Source: Bacteroidales bacterium
GTDB taxonomy: Bacteria; Bacteroidota; Bacteroidia; Bacteroidales; VadinHA17
Reading direction: 5' to 3'
DNA length: 64,000 nt
Assembly: GCA_038252165.1 (NCBI GenBank)
Contig: JBBSAP010000002.1
Span: forward strand, 51,892 to 115,891
The position numbers were made by a program, and so were the translations under genes. This document shows, one piece after another, positions 1 through 9,967 of the stretch (positions are counted from its first letter, which is position 1; the number at the start of each line of letters is the position of its first letter). The notes under the pieces were generated by a model. The model saw only the letters and a program-made list of their open reading frames with translations. It had not been told where the DNA came from and searched no databases.

Positions 1-391
1 TAGTCTTCAGAATGCCATTTCTACCCCGGTCGGCAGCATGATTATTGGCAGTTGCAAAGACATCTATCCCCGCATTAATACATGCTTCAGCAAGAGGAAC
101 AGGAGAGCTGAAAGTCGGATACCCGGAGTATGGAGCGCCAGCCAGCGTGAGCTCGAAATTTGCGATTGCTATATCGGCCTCCGAAATTTCGTCCTTCACG
201 TACTGGAACACATCGTCATAATTATATGAATGTGTTTCTCTGTCTTCAGCCGACCAGATCTGTTCATCGTGCCCCATGATATCTCCTATAAAAAGAAGTG
301 AGATCTTCTCATTCAACGTGTCAGCATCCTGTGCAGACAGTAAAAATGAATTGATCGTTATCAGGACCAGTGAGTTTATTTTTCTGAACAT
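1..391 (-). CDS. CapA/PGA_cap-family metallophosphoesterase-like protein, N-terminal ~130 aa; the gene runs off the left edge
   Basis: My own minus-strand translation from the ATG at 391-389 gives MFRKINSLVLITINSFLLSAQ (signal-like) ...LLFIGDIMGHDEQIW...IANFELTLAG...DVFATANNHAADRGRNG, with no stop before position 1. The GDxMxH and ANNHxxD motifs are typical of CapA. Track ORF 38..229(+) is its antisense shadow. Confidence 0.75.
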   Translation of the reverse strand, partial: MFRKINSLVLITINSFLLSAQDADTLNEKISLLFIGDIMGHDEQIWSAEDRETHSYNYDDVFQYVKDEISEADIAIANFELTLAGAPYSGYPTFSSPVPLAEACINAGIDVFATANNHAADRGRNGILKT

Positions 392-481
392 AAATTACTC
401 AAATAAAGAATTCGTAAATTTAATAATTATTAAATTTGCCGGCTTAAAATAATGGAATCCAATAACTGATTCACAAATAAG

Positions 482-2440
482 ATGAAGGAATCGGGAAATC
501 ACCCGGATATTAAAAAGCTATCTCTTTTAGGTGTAATAGTAACGATGGGGATTGTGTTCGGCGATCTTGGCACGAGTCCGTTGTATACAATGCGTGCTAT
601 CCTGATCGGAGGGGGGGACAATTTTAGCGACTTGCTGATTTATGGTTCATTATCCTGCATTTTCTGGACACTTACATTGTCAACAACAATTAAGTACATA
701 ATTATTGTACTCAGGGCTGACAATAATGGTGAAGGAGGTATTTTTTCGCTTTTTGCACTTATAAAAAAGAAATCTTCATGGGTTGCTGTGCTGACAATGA
801 CAGGAGGTGCCGCCCTTCTTGCTGACGGAGTCATAACACCTTCAATTACAGTTACATCAGCAGTTGAAGGTCTGAGAATGGTTAATCCTGTAATTCCGGT
901 TGTCCCGATAGTTTTGGTTATAATTACTGCACTATTCTTTATCCAGCAATTTGGCACCAAATTAATCGGAAGTTCATTTGGTCCGATAATGCTGATCTGG
1001 TTCGCCATGCTTGGAGTACTGGGTTTTTCCCAGGTAATTCTGCATCCTTTTATCATTAAGGCAGTTAACCCGGTTTACGCTTTCAGGTTTCTGTCGGAGT
1101 ATCCCGGAGGTTTTATTCTTCTGGGAGCAGTTTTCCTTTGCACCACCGGTGCTGAAGCCCTCTATGCAGATCTTGGACATTGTGGAAGGTCAAACATAAG
1201 AGTGTCATGGATCTATGTGAAACTATGCCTGCTTTTAAATTATTTTGGACAGGGTGCGTGGCTTATTTTAAATTATACACCCGGTTCGGATATAAATCCG
1301 TTCTTTAAAATAATGCCGCAATGGCTCCTTTTGCCAGGAATATTGCTGGCGACAGCAGCCGCAATTATTGCCAGCCAGGCGATTATAAGCGGCTCGTTTA
1401 CCCTGATAAGTGAAGCTGTTTCCCTTAACTTCTGGCCAAGAGTCCGGACTCTGCACCCCACTTATATAATGGGGCAGGTATATGTACCATTTGTGAACTG
1501 GTTTCTTTGGATTGCATGTACTCTCGTTGTCATTTCATTTCAGCAATCTGAAAACATGAGCGCGGCTTACGGCCTGGCGATAACAATTACAGAAATTATG
1601 ACAACCTGCCTATTATCATACTACCTGTTGCAAAAAGGGATCAACCACCGCCTTATACTACTTCTGCTTATGGTTTACCTTACAATAGAAGGTAGTTTCC
1701 TGATGGCTAATCTATACAAATTCAAAAATGGAGGCTGGTTCACACTTCTGCTTGCCTCATCATATTTCCTGCTAATGTTCGGCTGGTATTTCGGACGAAA
1801 AATAAAGAACAGGTATATTACTTTTGCCAACCTTAATAAATTTACTGACCTTTTCAGGGATCTGTCAAAAGACGAATCTGTTCCAAAAACTGCAACCAAC
1901 CTTGTTTATATAATCAGAGCAAACAGGAAAGACCAGGTTGAATCGAAAGTTATCTTCTCGATCTTTCATAAACAGCCAAAGAGAGCTGATACATATTGGT
2001 TTATTCATATCGACAGGGTTTCCGATCCTAATCGGTTTGAATATCATGTGACGCAGCTGATCCCCGGAATTCTGATCAGGATTGATTTTGAAATCGGATT
2101 CAAGGTCGAACCCAAGATCAACCTCTATTTCAGAGAAGTGATTGAGGATCTTGTGGGAGAGGGTGAGATAAAACTTGAAAGCGGTTACGATTCCCTGAGA
2201 AAATACAATGTAGCGGGCGATTTCAAATTTGTAAATATTGAAAGAATTATGCCCAGGGATTTTAAGCTTAGCAACCGGGAGAATTTCATTCTGGCCTTAA
2301 ACAGAATTGCTGGCAGATTGAATATTAATGATGTAAAATTCCTTCAGCTTGATTCAACAAATACTATAATTGAACAGGTACCTATCCTGATTGACCAGCC
2401 CAGTCATACAAGGATTAAGCGGATGAATACTCCGGAGTAA
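482..2440 (+). CDS. kup: KUP/HAK/KT-family potassium uptake transporter (copy 1)
   Basis: 652 aa. It has the N-terminal GIVFGDLGTSPLYT signature, about 12 hydrophobic segments, GAEALYADLGHCG, and a long soluble C-terminal domain. Confidence 0.93.
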   Translation: MKESGNHPDIKKLSLLGVIVTMGIVFGDLGTSPLYTMRAILIGGGDNFSDLLIYGSLSCIFWTLTLSTTIKYIIIVLRADNNGEGGIFSLFALIKKKSSWVAVLTMTGGAALLADGVITPSITVTSAVEGLRMVNPVIPVVPIVLVIITALFFIQQFGTKLIGSSFGPIMLIWFAMLGVLGFSQVILHPFIIKAVNPVYAFRFLSEYPGGFILLGAVFLCTTGAEALYADLGHCGRSNIRVSWIYVKLCLLLNYFGQGAWLILNYTPGSDINPFFKIMPQWLLLPGILLATAAAIIASQAIISGSFTLISEAVSLNFWPRVRTLHPTYIMGQVYVPFVNWFLWIACTLVVISFQQSENMSAAYGLAITITEIMTTCLLSYYLLQKGINHRLILLLLMVYLTIEGSFLMANLYKFKNGGWFTLLLASSYFLLMFGWYFGRKIKNRYITFANLNKFTDLFRDLSKDESVPKTATNLVYIIRANRKDQVESKVIFSIFHKQPKRADTYWFIHIDRVSDPNRFEYHVTQLIPGILIRIDFEIGFKVEPKINLYFREVIEDLVGEGEIKLESGYDSLRKYNVAGDFKFVNIERIMPRDFKLSNRENFILALNRIAGRLNINDVKFLQLDSTNTIIEQVPILIDQPSHTRIKRMNTPE

Positions 2441-4386
2441 TGGAAAAGAAACAAGGGCATCTCGATATCAGCAGGCTCTCCTTCGGGGGATTGATCATAA
2501 CTCTTGGGATTGTATTCGGCGATATTGGCACCAGTCCTCTCTATACAATGAAAGCTATCGTTCTTGGCGGTGCCGGGAACTTCAACGAACTTCTGATTTA
2601 CGGTTCATTATCATGTATCTTCTGGACACTAACGCTTCAGACGACCATCAAGTATATTATCATTACTTTAAAAGCCGACAATAAAGGAGAAGGGGGCATA
2701 TATGCACTATTCGCACTTATTAAGAAGAAATCATCATGGGCTGCGGTATTGACTATGATCGGAGGCGCTGCCCTGCTCGCTGACGGGGTTATAACACCTT
2801 CCATAACTGTCACCTCTTCTATTGAAGGATTAAGGCTTTTCAATCCTGATATTCCTGTGGTTCCTATAGTCCTTATAATTTTTGCAGTGCTTTTTTTTAT
2901 CCAGCAGTTCGGGACAAATATTGTAGGCTCATCGTTCGGCCCGATGATGGTCGTATGGTTTTTAATGCTTGGAGTCATCGGTTTTTCCCAACTTGTTAAT
3001 TATCCTGATATAATAAAATCGGTAAATCCTGTTTTTGCCATAAAATTCCTTACCCAATATCCGGGAGGATTTATCCTGCTTGGGGCTGTTTTTCTGTGTA
3101 CAACAGGTGCCGAGGCGCTATATTCTGATTTGGGCCATTGCGGCAGGAAGAATATTCGTATCTCCTGGATATTTGTAAAAACAATGCTTTTATTAAATTA
3201 CTTTGGACAGGGAGGGTGGCTATTGACAAATAAGATTTCAGGAGATGATTTTAATCCATTTTTTACAATCGTGCCTGGATGGTTTCTATTTCCAGCCGTT
3301 CTCATTTCGACAGCAGCTGCAATAATTGCCAGTCAGGCTCTTATCACAGGCTCATTTACGCTTATAAGCGAAGCAGTTTCACTTAATTTCTGGCCCAAGA
3401 TCAGAATCTCATACCCGACTCATGTCAAAGGTCAGGTTTACCTGCCTTCCATTAACTGGTTCCTCTGGATCATGTGCAGTCTTGTTGTATTATATTTCAG
3501 GAAATCCTCGAATATGGAGGCAGCATACGGACTGGCAATTACAATTACAATGATAATGACCACCCTGCTCTTATCATATTACCTCTATCAGAAGAGTACA
3601 CATCGTCGTTATTCACTGTTGATGCTGATTATATTCCTTACAATTGAAGGCAGTTTTCTAATTGCCAATCTGCATAAATTCAAATACGGAGGCTGGTTCA
3701 CCCTGCTGCTTGCTTTGATATATTTCCTTATAATGCTTGGCTGGTATTTTGGACGGAAAATAAGGAACCGGCATATAACATTCGTAAAGCTTGACGGATA
3801 CCTTCCAATTATTGAGGATTTGAGCAAAGACAAATCAGTTCCGATAACAGCCACCAATCTTGTATATCTGATAAAAGCCAATAATAAGGATCAGGTGGAG
3901 GCAAAGGTCCTTTATTCGATTTTTCAGAAACAGCCTAAAAGGGCTGAAGTCTATTGGCTGCTTCATGTAGACAGAGTTGATGATCCGTACAGGTTTGAAT
4001 ATGAGTTCGAGCAAATAATACCGGGGATTCTGATAAGAGTCGATTTTCATATCGGATTTAAAGTCGATCCCAGGATCAATCTCTATTTTAAAGAGGCACT
4101 TGAAGATCTTGTTAAGTCGGGAGAAATAAGCCTGAAGAGCAGCTTTAATTCTTTGAAAAAGCACGACTTCCCGGGCGATTTTAAATTCATTATTATCGAG
4201 AGGATAATGATACGCGACTTCAAATTGTCAAATTGGGAGAACTTCATTCTTACCTTAAACAGGATAGCTCAGGTGATAAGCTTACCGGAGATCAGAACTC
4301 TTAAGCTCGATCCGACTAATACTATTACGGAACAGGTACCGATTATTATCGATCAGACTCGCCTGAAACGCATCAAACGGGTATGA
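2440..4386 (+). CDS. kup: KUP/HAK/KT-family potassium uptake transporter (copy 2, tandem paralog)
   Basis: 648 aa and colinear with copy 1 over its full length (GIVFGDIGTSPLYT, GAEALYSDLGHCG). Its start overlaps the upstream stop (TAATG at 2438-2442). Confidence 0.93.
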   Translation: MEKKQGHLDISRLSFGGLIITLGIVFGDIGTSPLYTMKAIVLGGAGNFNELLIYGSLSCIFWTLTLQTTIKYIIITLKADNKGEGGIYALFALIKKKSSWAAVLTMIGGAALLADGVITPSITVTSSIEGLRLFNPDIPVVPIVLIIFAVLFFIQQFGTNIVGSSFGPMMVVWFLMLGVIGFSQLVNYPDIIKSVNPVFAIKFLTQYPGGFILLGAVFLCTTGAEALYSDLGHCGRKNIRISWIFVKTMLLLNYFGQGGWLLTNKISGDDFNPFFTIVPGWFLFPAVLISTAAAIIASQALITGSFTLISEAVSLNFWPKIRISYPTHVKGQVYLPSINWFLWIMCSLVVLYFRKSSNMEAAYGLAITITMIMTTLLLSYYLYQKSTHRRYSLLMLIIFLTIEGSFLIANLHKFKYGGWFTLLLALIYFLIMLGWYFGRKIRNRHITFVKLDGYLPIIEDLSKDKSVPITATNLVYLIKANNKDQVEAKVLYSIFQKQPKRAEVYWLLHVDRVDDPYRFEYEFEQIIPGILIRVDFHIGFKVDPRINLYFKEALEDLVKSGEISLKSSFNSLKKHDFPGDFKFIIIERIMIRDFKLSNWENFILTLNRIAQVISLPEIRTLKLDPTNTITEQVPIIIDQTRLKRIKRV

Positions 4387-4509
4387 CCTGCTTCATAGTT
4401 TAATGCAATTCCCGGGTGGTTCAGAGCAATTTCAGGAAAAGAGACCCCTGCAGAAACTTAATAGTGTTATTTTAGTCTCTTTATTTGATAACAATTGATC
4501 CGTACTATT

Positions 4510-4878
4510 ATGAAAAGAAATGGTTTCCTGTTAATTATTCTTTTGCTGATGCCTTTTTTCACTGAAAGAAATATTACAGCCCAGGAAGTTCTTGAAATAT
4601 CTGTTCAGTCAGATAAACCAGGAGCCGAAATCCAGTCTGCAATGTGGGGGGTATTTTTTGAAGATATCAACTTTGCAGCTGATGGCGGAATTTATGCCGA
4701 GCTTGTAAAAAACAGATCATTTGAGTTTGAATTACCAATGACCGGCTGGCGGACAATATCAAATCCAAAACTAATCTACCCGGTTTCAACAACTGTCAAA
4801 GTGGCTGGAAGGAAAATAAATGCTGTCGCCGAGCCGTTATCGGTAAGCATCTTTATTATTGATTTTAAAAGCCGGTAA
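4510..4878 (+). pseudogene. Remnant of a GH51-type alpha-L-arabinofuranosidase (signal peptide plus about 80 aa only)
   Basis: MKRNGFLLIILLLMPFF signal, then PGAEIQSAMWGVFFEDINFAADGGIYAELVKNRSFEF, which is the conserved N-terminal block of long GH51 enzymes. The ORF ends after about 122 aa in unrelated sequence, directly abutting dedA. The track start at 4495 is a TTG; the ATG is at 4510. Confidence 0.6.
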
Positions 4879-5528
4879 TGGAATTATTTCAATCACTTCT
4901 GGATTGGTATATAGCCAATCTGAACTATTTCACAATAGCATTGCTGATGCTTATTGAAAGCACATTTCTGCCTTTGCCTTCCGAAGTTGTTATCCCGTTT
5001 GCTGCTTATAAAGCGGCACAGGGCGATCTGAATATTTTTGGAGTTGTATTCTTTGGAACTGCCGGGGCATTAACCGGTTCACTCATTAATTATACACTTG
5101 CATTTTACCTGGGACGACCTATAGTATATAAATTCGCTGAATCAAAGATCGGAAGGCTCTTCCTTCTCTCGAGAGAAAAAGTCGAACATGCAGAGAACTA
5201 TTTTATCAGAAACGGCAAAACCTCAACTTTTATCGGGCGTCTTGTTCCCGGGATAAGGCATCTGATATCCATTCCGGCAGGTCTGGCGAAAATGGATCTT
5301 CGAAGTTTTATGCTTTACACATTTATCGGGGCAGGTATCTGGAATATTATCCTTGCAATAGTTGGTTATTATATTTACGATGTCAGAGATAAAATTTTCC
5401 CGTATCTCGACAATGTACTTTATATCCTGGGAGCTCTCTTTGTTATTTATCTGGTCATAAAAGGAATAATCAGGAGGAGGAATAAAAACAACAAGCCAAA
5501 GTCCGGCTTCGATGTTTTGGATCCATAA
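4878..5528 (+). CDS. DedA/SNARE-associated family membrane protein
   Basis: 216 aa and polytopic, with the ...GKTSTFIGRLVPGIRHLISIPAG... motif typical of DedA. The start overlaps the upstream stop (TAATG). Confidence 0.85.
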   Translation: MELFQSLLDWYIANLNYFTIALLMLIESTFLPLPSEVVIPFAAYKAAQGDLNIFGVVFFGTAGALTGSLINYTLAFYLGRPIVYKFAESKIGRLFLLSREKVEHAENYFIRNGKTSTFIGRLVPGIRHLISIPAGLAKMDLRSFMLYTFIGAGIWNIILAIVGYYIYDVRDKIFPYLDNVLYILGALFVIYLVIKGIIRRRNKNNKPKSGFDVLDP

Positions 5529-5562
5529 GGTGCATCGCACCGCAATATTTATTCTGAACTGG

Positions 5563-5973
5563 TTAAAGGATAGTCGGAAGGAGAAATAAAAGGGCTACAA
5601 TACCGATCGATGCTGCAATCATTCCGGCATTAATCTTATCGTTTTCGACTTTTACGATGTTTTCCATCGGAACAGTCAGTTTTCCGCTTGCTATCTTAAC
5701 TGCGGAAAACGGTTCTGCATAAATATGGACCTGACGGCTTTTTTTGACCACCTCAGGCTTATAGATCAATCCTGTAAAATGATTACCGGCTTCAGTGACA
5801 GGCTTAATGATCCAGGTACTGTCACCGGCATGAAAATAGTAGAGATTTTTCCAGTTTGGCGCTTTTGCTATTTGTCCGGGAGGTAAATTTTTTGTCGATA
5901 CGCAACTGAAAAGCATAAATATCACTGCGAGTAAAAACAAGAAAACACCTGATCTGTGGTATTTCTTAATCAT
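5563..5973 (-). CDS. Hypothetical lipoprotein with C-terminal TM anchor
   Basis: 136 aa. Signal plus lipobox-like LFSC, and a hydrophobic C-terminus (GMIAASIGIVALLFLLPTIL). No recognisable family. Confidence 0.55.
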   Translation of the reverse strand: MIKKYHRSGVFLFLLAVIFMLFSCVSTKNLPPGQIAKAPNWKNLYYFHAGDSTWIIKPVTEAGNHFTGLIYKPEVVKKSRQVHIYAEPFSAVKIASGKLTVPMENIVKVENDKINAGMIAASIGIVALLFLLPTIL

Positions 5974-5978
5974 CGTAA

Positions 5979-6335
5979 TTACTCAATTACTACCGCATCA
6001 TCAAATTTCTGCGACTGAATACTGACCTTCCGGTGCTGAACCTTATGAATCCCCTTGCTTCCGAAAAATCCCCAGCCGCCGCTTCCGAGAAGGAAACCGA
6101 GAGCATATAATCCACCGTTATTGTTCGTTGCGTACATGGTGATATCCTTGTTGAAAAGCATCCCGATAAAGTCGAAAGGGGCTATAAATCCATGCCATAA
6201 TCCTCCGAAAAATCCATACCGGTGACCTGTAAGGCATTGATCAATAATCTCATTTTTAGCACACCCTGTCAACAGGACAATAGCTAAAAATAAAGAAAAA
6301 AGCAGAAAATTTCTTTGATGAGCTTGTAATTTCAT
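5979..6335 (-). CDS. Hypothetical small lipoprotein, Gly-rich
   Basis: 118 aa. Lipobox LLTGC and a glycine-zipper-like stretch (GFLLGSGGWGFFGSKG). Confidence 0.55.
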   Translation of the reverse strand: MKLQAHQRNFLLFSLFLAIVLLTGCAKNEIIDQCLTGHRYGFFGGLWHGFIAPFDFIGMLFNKDITMYATNNNGGLYALGFLLGSGGWGFFGSKGIHKVQHRKVSIQSQKFDDAVVIE

Positions 6336-6361
6336 TTTAATGATTTTTAAATTGACATATA

Positions 6362-6892
6362 TCAGAAAAGAGTCCTGTCGATGGGCTTACCTGAATATTT
6401 CCTTTCGTGATCAATAAGCCATTTTTTCTTTTCCAGTCCACCGCCATAACCGACAAGATCTCCGTCGGAACCGATCACCCTGTGACATGGGATTATTATT
6501 GCTATCCGGTTTGATCCGTTGGCGCCAGCAACTGCTCTTACTGCTCCGGGATTTTTAATCGATTTAGCCTGTTCAAGATAGGATATGGTTTTTCCATAAG
6601 GGATCTTCTTAAGAACATCCCAGACTGTAAGCTGAAAATCGGTTCCCGAAGTTATCAGGGGAAGCGAAAACTCTGTCCTTTTTCCTTTGAAGTATTCTTT
6701 CAGTTGTTTTTTCAGGGCTCTCAGATGCTTGTTGCTTCCTGTCTTTACTGATTCATTGAATGTAAGGGCCATCCGGTTAAATTCAGATTCGAGAGCCGGC
6801 CTGCTTGTGAATTCAAGAAGGCAAATGCCGTCTTTTGTGGCGGCAGCTGCCATATCTCCGAGAGGAGACTCGATTATTATCGTTTTTATCAT
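6362..6892 (-). CDS. ogt: Methylated-DNA--protein-cysteine methyltransferase
   Basis: 176 aa with the active-site motif IIIPCHRVIGSDG (PCHRV) and a conserved C-terminal DNA-binding domain. Confidence 0.9.
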   Translation of the reverse strand: MIKTIIIESPLGDMAAAATKDGICLLEFTSRPALESEFNRMALTFNESVKTGSNKHLRALKKQLKEYFKGKRTEFSLPLITSGTDFQLTVWDVLKKIPYGKTISYLEQAKSIKNPGAVRAVAGANGSNRIAIIIPCHRVIGSDGDLVGYGGGLEKKKWLIDHERKYSGKPIDRTLF

Positions 6893-6903
6893 CTCCCTTC
6901 TTC

Positions 6904-7335
6904 CTAAATTTTCTTCCCTATAAACCTGTCCGAAGTCGACTTAATATATTTGATATTTCTGAACCTCATTGCCGACCAGTCTTCATCGATATTTACCATG
7001 CGGATATCGAAAAACTCAAGATCGTTCAAAGCTTTCCACCCATGATCCCTGTTAAGGTCTGAGGTATACTTTTTTGATGTTTTTTTTGGATAACAGAACC
7101 ACAGGATGCCATCCACGGCAAGATTATGCAGTGCTACCTGGGTGATATCTTCAACTTCCGCCGCTTTTCTGACGAAAATTATCATGAAATCATACGGATA
7201 CCTCAGATCTATTTCATTATCTATCTGGATATCTTTAATTTCCCTTTGTGAAGCCAGTTTAAAACTCTTCTCAGCATTCGAAATAACTATTCGCTTCTGC
7301 CCTTTATAATTCAGCTTTTCAAGAAGAGTCTGCAT
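6904..7335 (-). CDS. Conserved hypothetical cytoplasmic protein (possibly YdeI/DUF3052-like)
   Basis: ORF with ILWFCYPKKTSKKYTSDLNRDHGW. The track start at 7359 is a TTG, and the first ATG (MQTLLEKL) is at 7335. The family assignment is a guess. Confidence 0.45.
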   Translation of the reverse strand: MQTLLEKLNYKGQKRIVISNAEKSFKLASQREIKDIQIDNEIDLRYPYDFMIIFVRKAAEVEDITQVALHNLAVDGILWFCYPKKTSKKYTSDLNRDHGWKALNDLEFFDIRMVNIDEDWSAMRFRNIKYIKSTSDRFIGKKI

Positions 7336-7424
7336 GAGGATCCCCGATTTGTATGGCAATTTAAGAAAAATCTGAAATAACTGATATGTTTCTGATAAAA
7401 GATAGTAAATTTACCATGTCGAAA

Positions 7425-7507
7425 ACGGGGTGCCTTAATATTACGGGCTGAGATCATACCCTTACACCTGATCCGGGTAATGCCGGCGAAGGGAAAAAGC
7501 ACCCCCT
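7425..7507 (+). promoter_or_regulatory. TPP (THI-box) riboswitch
   Basis: ggggtgccttaatattacgggCTGAGAtcataccctTACACCTGATCCGGGTAATGCCGGCGaagggaaaaagcacccc. It contains the CUGAGA and ACCUGAUCnGGnUAAUGCCnGCG cores. The P1 stem is ggggtgc (7427-7433) paired with gcacccc (7499-7505). It lies 27 nt upstream of the receptor ATG. Confidence 0.9.
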
Positions 7508-7533
7508 GACATTTATGAAATTATAAATAATCA

Positions 7534-9963
7534 ATGAAAATCCATTTTTCATTCCTTTTTATTGTTTTCATTTCAGCTTTACTTTTCAATCCGGAATACC
7601 TGAACGGTCAAAGCCTGAGAGGGAAGGTGACTGATTTAAATGACGATCCGCTTGCAGGAGCAAGCATTGCAATTGCCGGTACATATAACGGCGTACAGTC
7701 AGGAGCCGACGGAGTTTATGGCTTCAGCGGACTGAAGCCGGGTAACTATACCATCCGGTTTTCATACATTGGCTATGAAACACTGGTTAAAGACCTGGAA
7801 ATTGTAAACGACACGCTTCTTGATGTTAAGCTCAGTCCGATGGCCATAATTACCGGCGACGTGATCATAAGTGCAACCCGGGCAGGCGATAAGGCTCCGC
7901 TTGCCTATACAAATATTGCCGGCGATATTCTTGAAAAACGTAATTCAGGACAGGATATGCCTTATCTTCTGGGCCTCACGCCATCATTTATTGAAACATC
8001 AGAGGCAGGCAATGGCATCGGCTATACCAGTATGAGGATACGGGGAACTGACGCCAGCAGGATCAATGTAACTATCGATGGCATTCCGCTTAATGATCCT
8101 GAATCACAGCAAGTCTTCTGGGTTGACCTTCCTGACCTTGCTTCATCAGTTGACAATATCCAGGTGCAGCGCGGTGTCGGCACCTCTTCAAATGGAGCGG
8201 GAGCTTTCGGGGCTTCAATTAATATTCAGACAAGGGGTATTGAAAATGAGCCATTTGCTGAGATAAATTCATCAACAGGTTCATTCGGCACCTTTAAGAA
8301 TAATATTACGGCAGGGACAGGACTGCTTAAAAACAGATTCGCATTCCAGATGCGCTATTCTGATCTGCGAAGTAACGGGTACATTGAACGTACTGGTTCA
8401 GAACACAATTCGGCTTTTATGAGCGCTCTTTACAGGTCGGGAAAATCGCTTCTTAAAGCGAACATAATCCTCGGGAAAGAACATACCGGAATAGGGTGGT
8501 GGGGAGTCCCGGCTGATATGCTGGCTGTAAACAGGAGATACAATCCGGCAGGGGAGTACACTGATGAAAATGGAGTAATCCATTACTATGATAATGAGAG
8601 TGATAATTATACCCAGAATCATTACCAGCTTATTTACAGTCTTAGATTATCCGGAAATCTGTCTCTTAATTCGGCTCTTCATTATACAAAAGGGAAAGGC
8701 TATTATGAGGAATTTAAAGAAGACGATTCATTTGCAGATTATGGATTGCAATCAGTAACTATTGGTGGTACAACTTTCAGCCAAAGTGACCTGATACGAA
8801 GAAAATGGATGTCGAACGATTTCTATGGTTTAGTCTGGTCGCTGAATTGCAGGAATGAAAAAATAGAGGCCAGTTTCGGAGGAGGAATGAACCTTTATTC
8901 AGGCGATCATTTCGGGCGGGTAATCTGGATGAGATATCCCGGAGTAGAGGAGAGAGATCATCAATGGTACTTCAATAAGGGTAAAAAAGGAGAAGCAGGT
9001 ATATATGGAAAAATGAACTGGTCAGTATCCCGGACTCTCTCTGTTTTTGGGGATTTGCAGTACCGGTATATTAAATACAGTCTCGAAGGAAGCGATGATG
9101 ATCTGAAGAATATCGGACAGATCCACAGTTTCGGCTTCTTAAATCCAAAAGCCGGCCTGTTTCTGGCAATCGCATCAAATCAGGACGCATATCTCTCATT
9201 TTCAGTAGCAAACAGGGAACCGACCCGTACCGATTTCAAGGAGGCCTCAGGTGACAATGAGGCAATACCCCGGTCAGAAAGACTATACGATACCGAGCTC
9301 GGATATAAGCTGAGATTTGAAAAAAGTTCTTTCGCTCTGAACCTGTATGGCATGATCTATAAAGACCAGCTGGTGCCAACAGGGGAGCTGAGCAATGTTG
9401 GGTACCCTATTATGACAAATGTTGAAAAGAGTTTCAGAACAGGAGCAGAAATCACTGCAGGGTTTATTCCTGCTGATTTTATTGCATGGGACTTCAGCCT
9501 TACCCTCAGCAGAAATAAGATTCCTGACTTTACGGAGCATTACATTGATTATAATACATCCGACTGGTCGTCAGAATATAAAAGCAGGAGGCTGGGCACT
9601 GTTGATATTGCATATTCACCATCGGTTATTGCCAGCAGTGATGTGGCAATAAAAATAATCAATGAAATAAGGCTTCATTTGATAAGCAAATTTGTGAGCA
9701 AACAATACTTTGACAATACCATGAGCAGGGAAAGGATGCTCGATCCCTACTTTTTCAATAATGTAATGATCGATATTGAGCCGGAAACAAAGCGTCTTAA
9801 AGATGCCAGTCTGCAGCTTCTCGTTAATAACATTTTCAATACGGAATATGAGAATAATGCTTACGGCGGCAACTGGTTTGAGGACGGAACCGAAAAAAGC
9901 TGGTCATATTTTTTCCCCCAGGCCGGCATTAACTTTATGCTTAAGCTTGGATTGAAATTCTGA
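7534..9963 (+). CDS. TonB-dependent outer-membrane receptor, riboswitch-linked (probable thiamine/thiamine-precursor receptor)
   Basis: 809 aa. Signal peptide, CarboxypepD_reg-like N-terminal domain (LRGKVTDLNDDPLAGASIAIAG), plug (RIRGTDASRINVTIDGIPLND), and a beta-barrel ending in the aromatic ...LGLKF. The substrate is inferred only from the riboswitch and PnuT context. Confidence 0.88.
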   Translation: MKIHFSFLFIVFISALLFNPEYLNGQSLRGKVTDLNDDPLAGASIAIAGTYNGVQSGADGVYGFSGLKPGNYTIRFSYIGYETLVKDLEIVNDTLLDVKLSPMAIITGDVIISATRAGDKAPLAYTNIAGDILEKRNSGQDMPYLLGLTPSFIETSEAGNGIGYTSMRIRGTDASRINVTIDGIPLNDPESQQVFWVDLPDLASSVDNIQVQRGVGTSSNGAGAFGASINIQTRGIENEPFAEINSSTGSFGTFKNNITAGTGLLKNRFAFQMRYSDLRSNGYIERTGSEHNSAFMSALYRSGKSLLKANIILGKEHTGIGWWGVPADMLAVNRRYNPAGEYTDENGVIHYYDNESDNYTQNHYQLIYSLRLSGNLSLNSALHYTKGKGYYEEFKEDDSFADYGLQSVTIGGTTFSQSDLIRRKWMSNDFYGLVWSLNCRNEKIEASFGGGMNLYSGDHFGRVIWMRYPGVEERDHQWYFNKGKKGEAGIYGKMNWSVSRTLSVFGDLQYRYIKYSLEGSDDDLKNIGQIHSFGFLNPKAGLFLAIASNQDAYLSFSVANREPTRTDFKEASGDNEAIPRSERLYDTELGYKLRFEKSSFALNLYGMIYKDQLVPTGELSNVGYPIMTNVEKSFRTGAEITAGFIPADFIAWDFSLTLSRNKIPDFTEHYIDYNTSDWSSEYKSRRLGTVDIAYSPSVIASSDVAIKIINEIRLHLISKFVSKQYFDNTMSRERMLDPYFFNNVMIDIEPETKRLKDASLQLLVNNIFNTEYENNAYGGNWFEDGTEKSWSYFFPQAGINFMLKLGLKF

Positions 9964-9967
9964 TGGT

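Noticed and set aside
392-481. Possible c-di-AMP (ydaO/kimA-type) riboswitch ahead of kup
   Set aside because: The 90-nt spacer is AT-rich with no conserved riboswitch cores or pseudo-symmetric helices visible.
7311-7502. 63-aa minus-strand ORF upstream of the TonB receptor
   Set aside because: It overlaps the TPP riboswitch, whose conserved cores explain the sequence.
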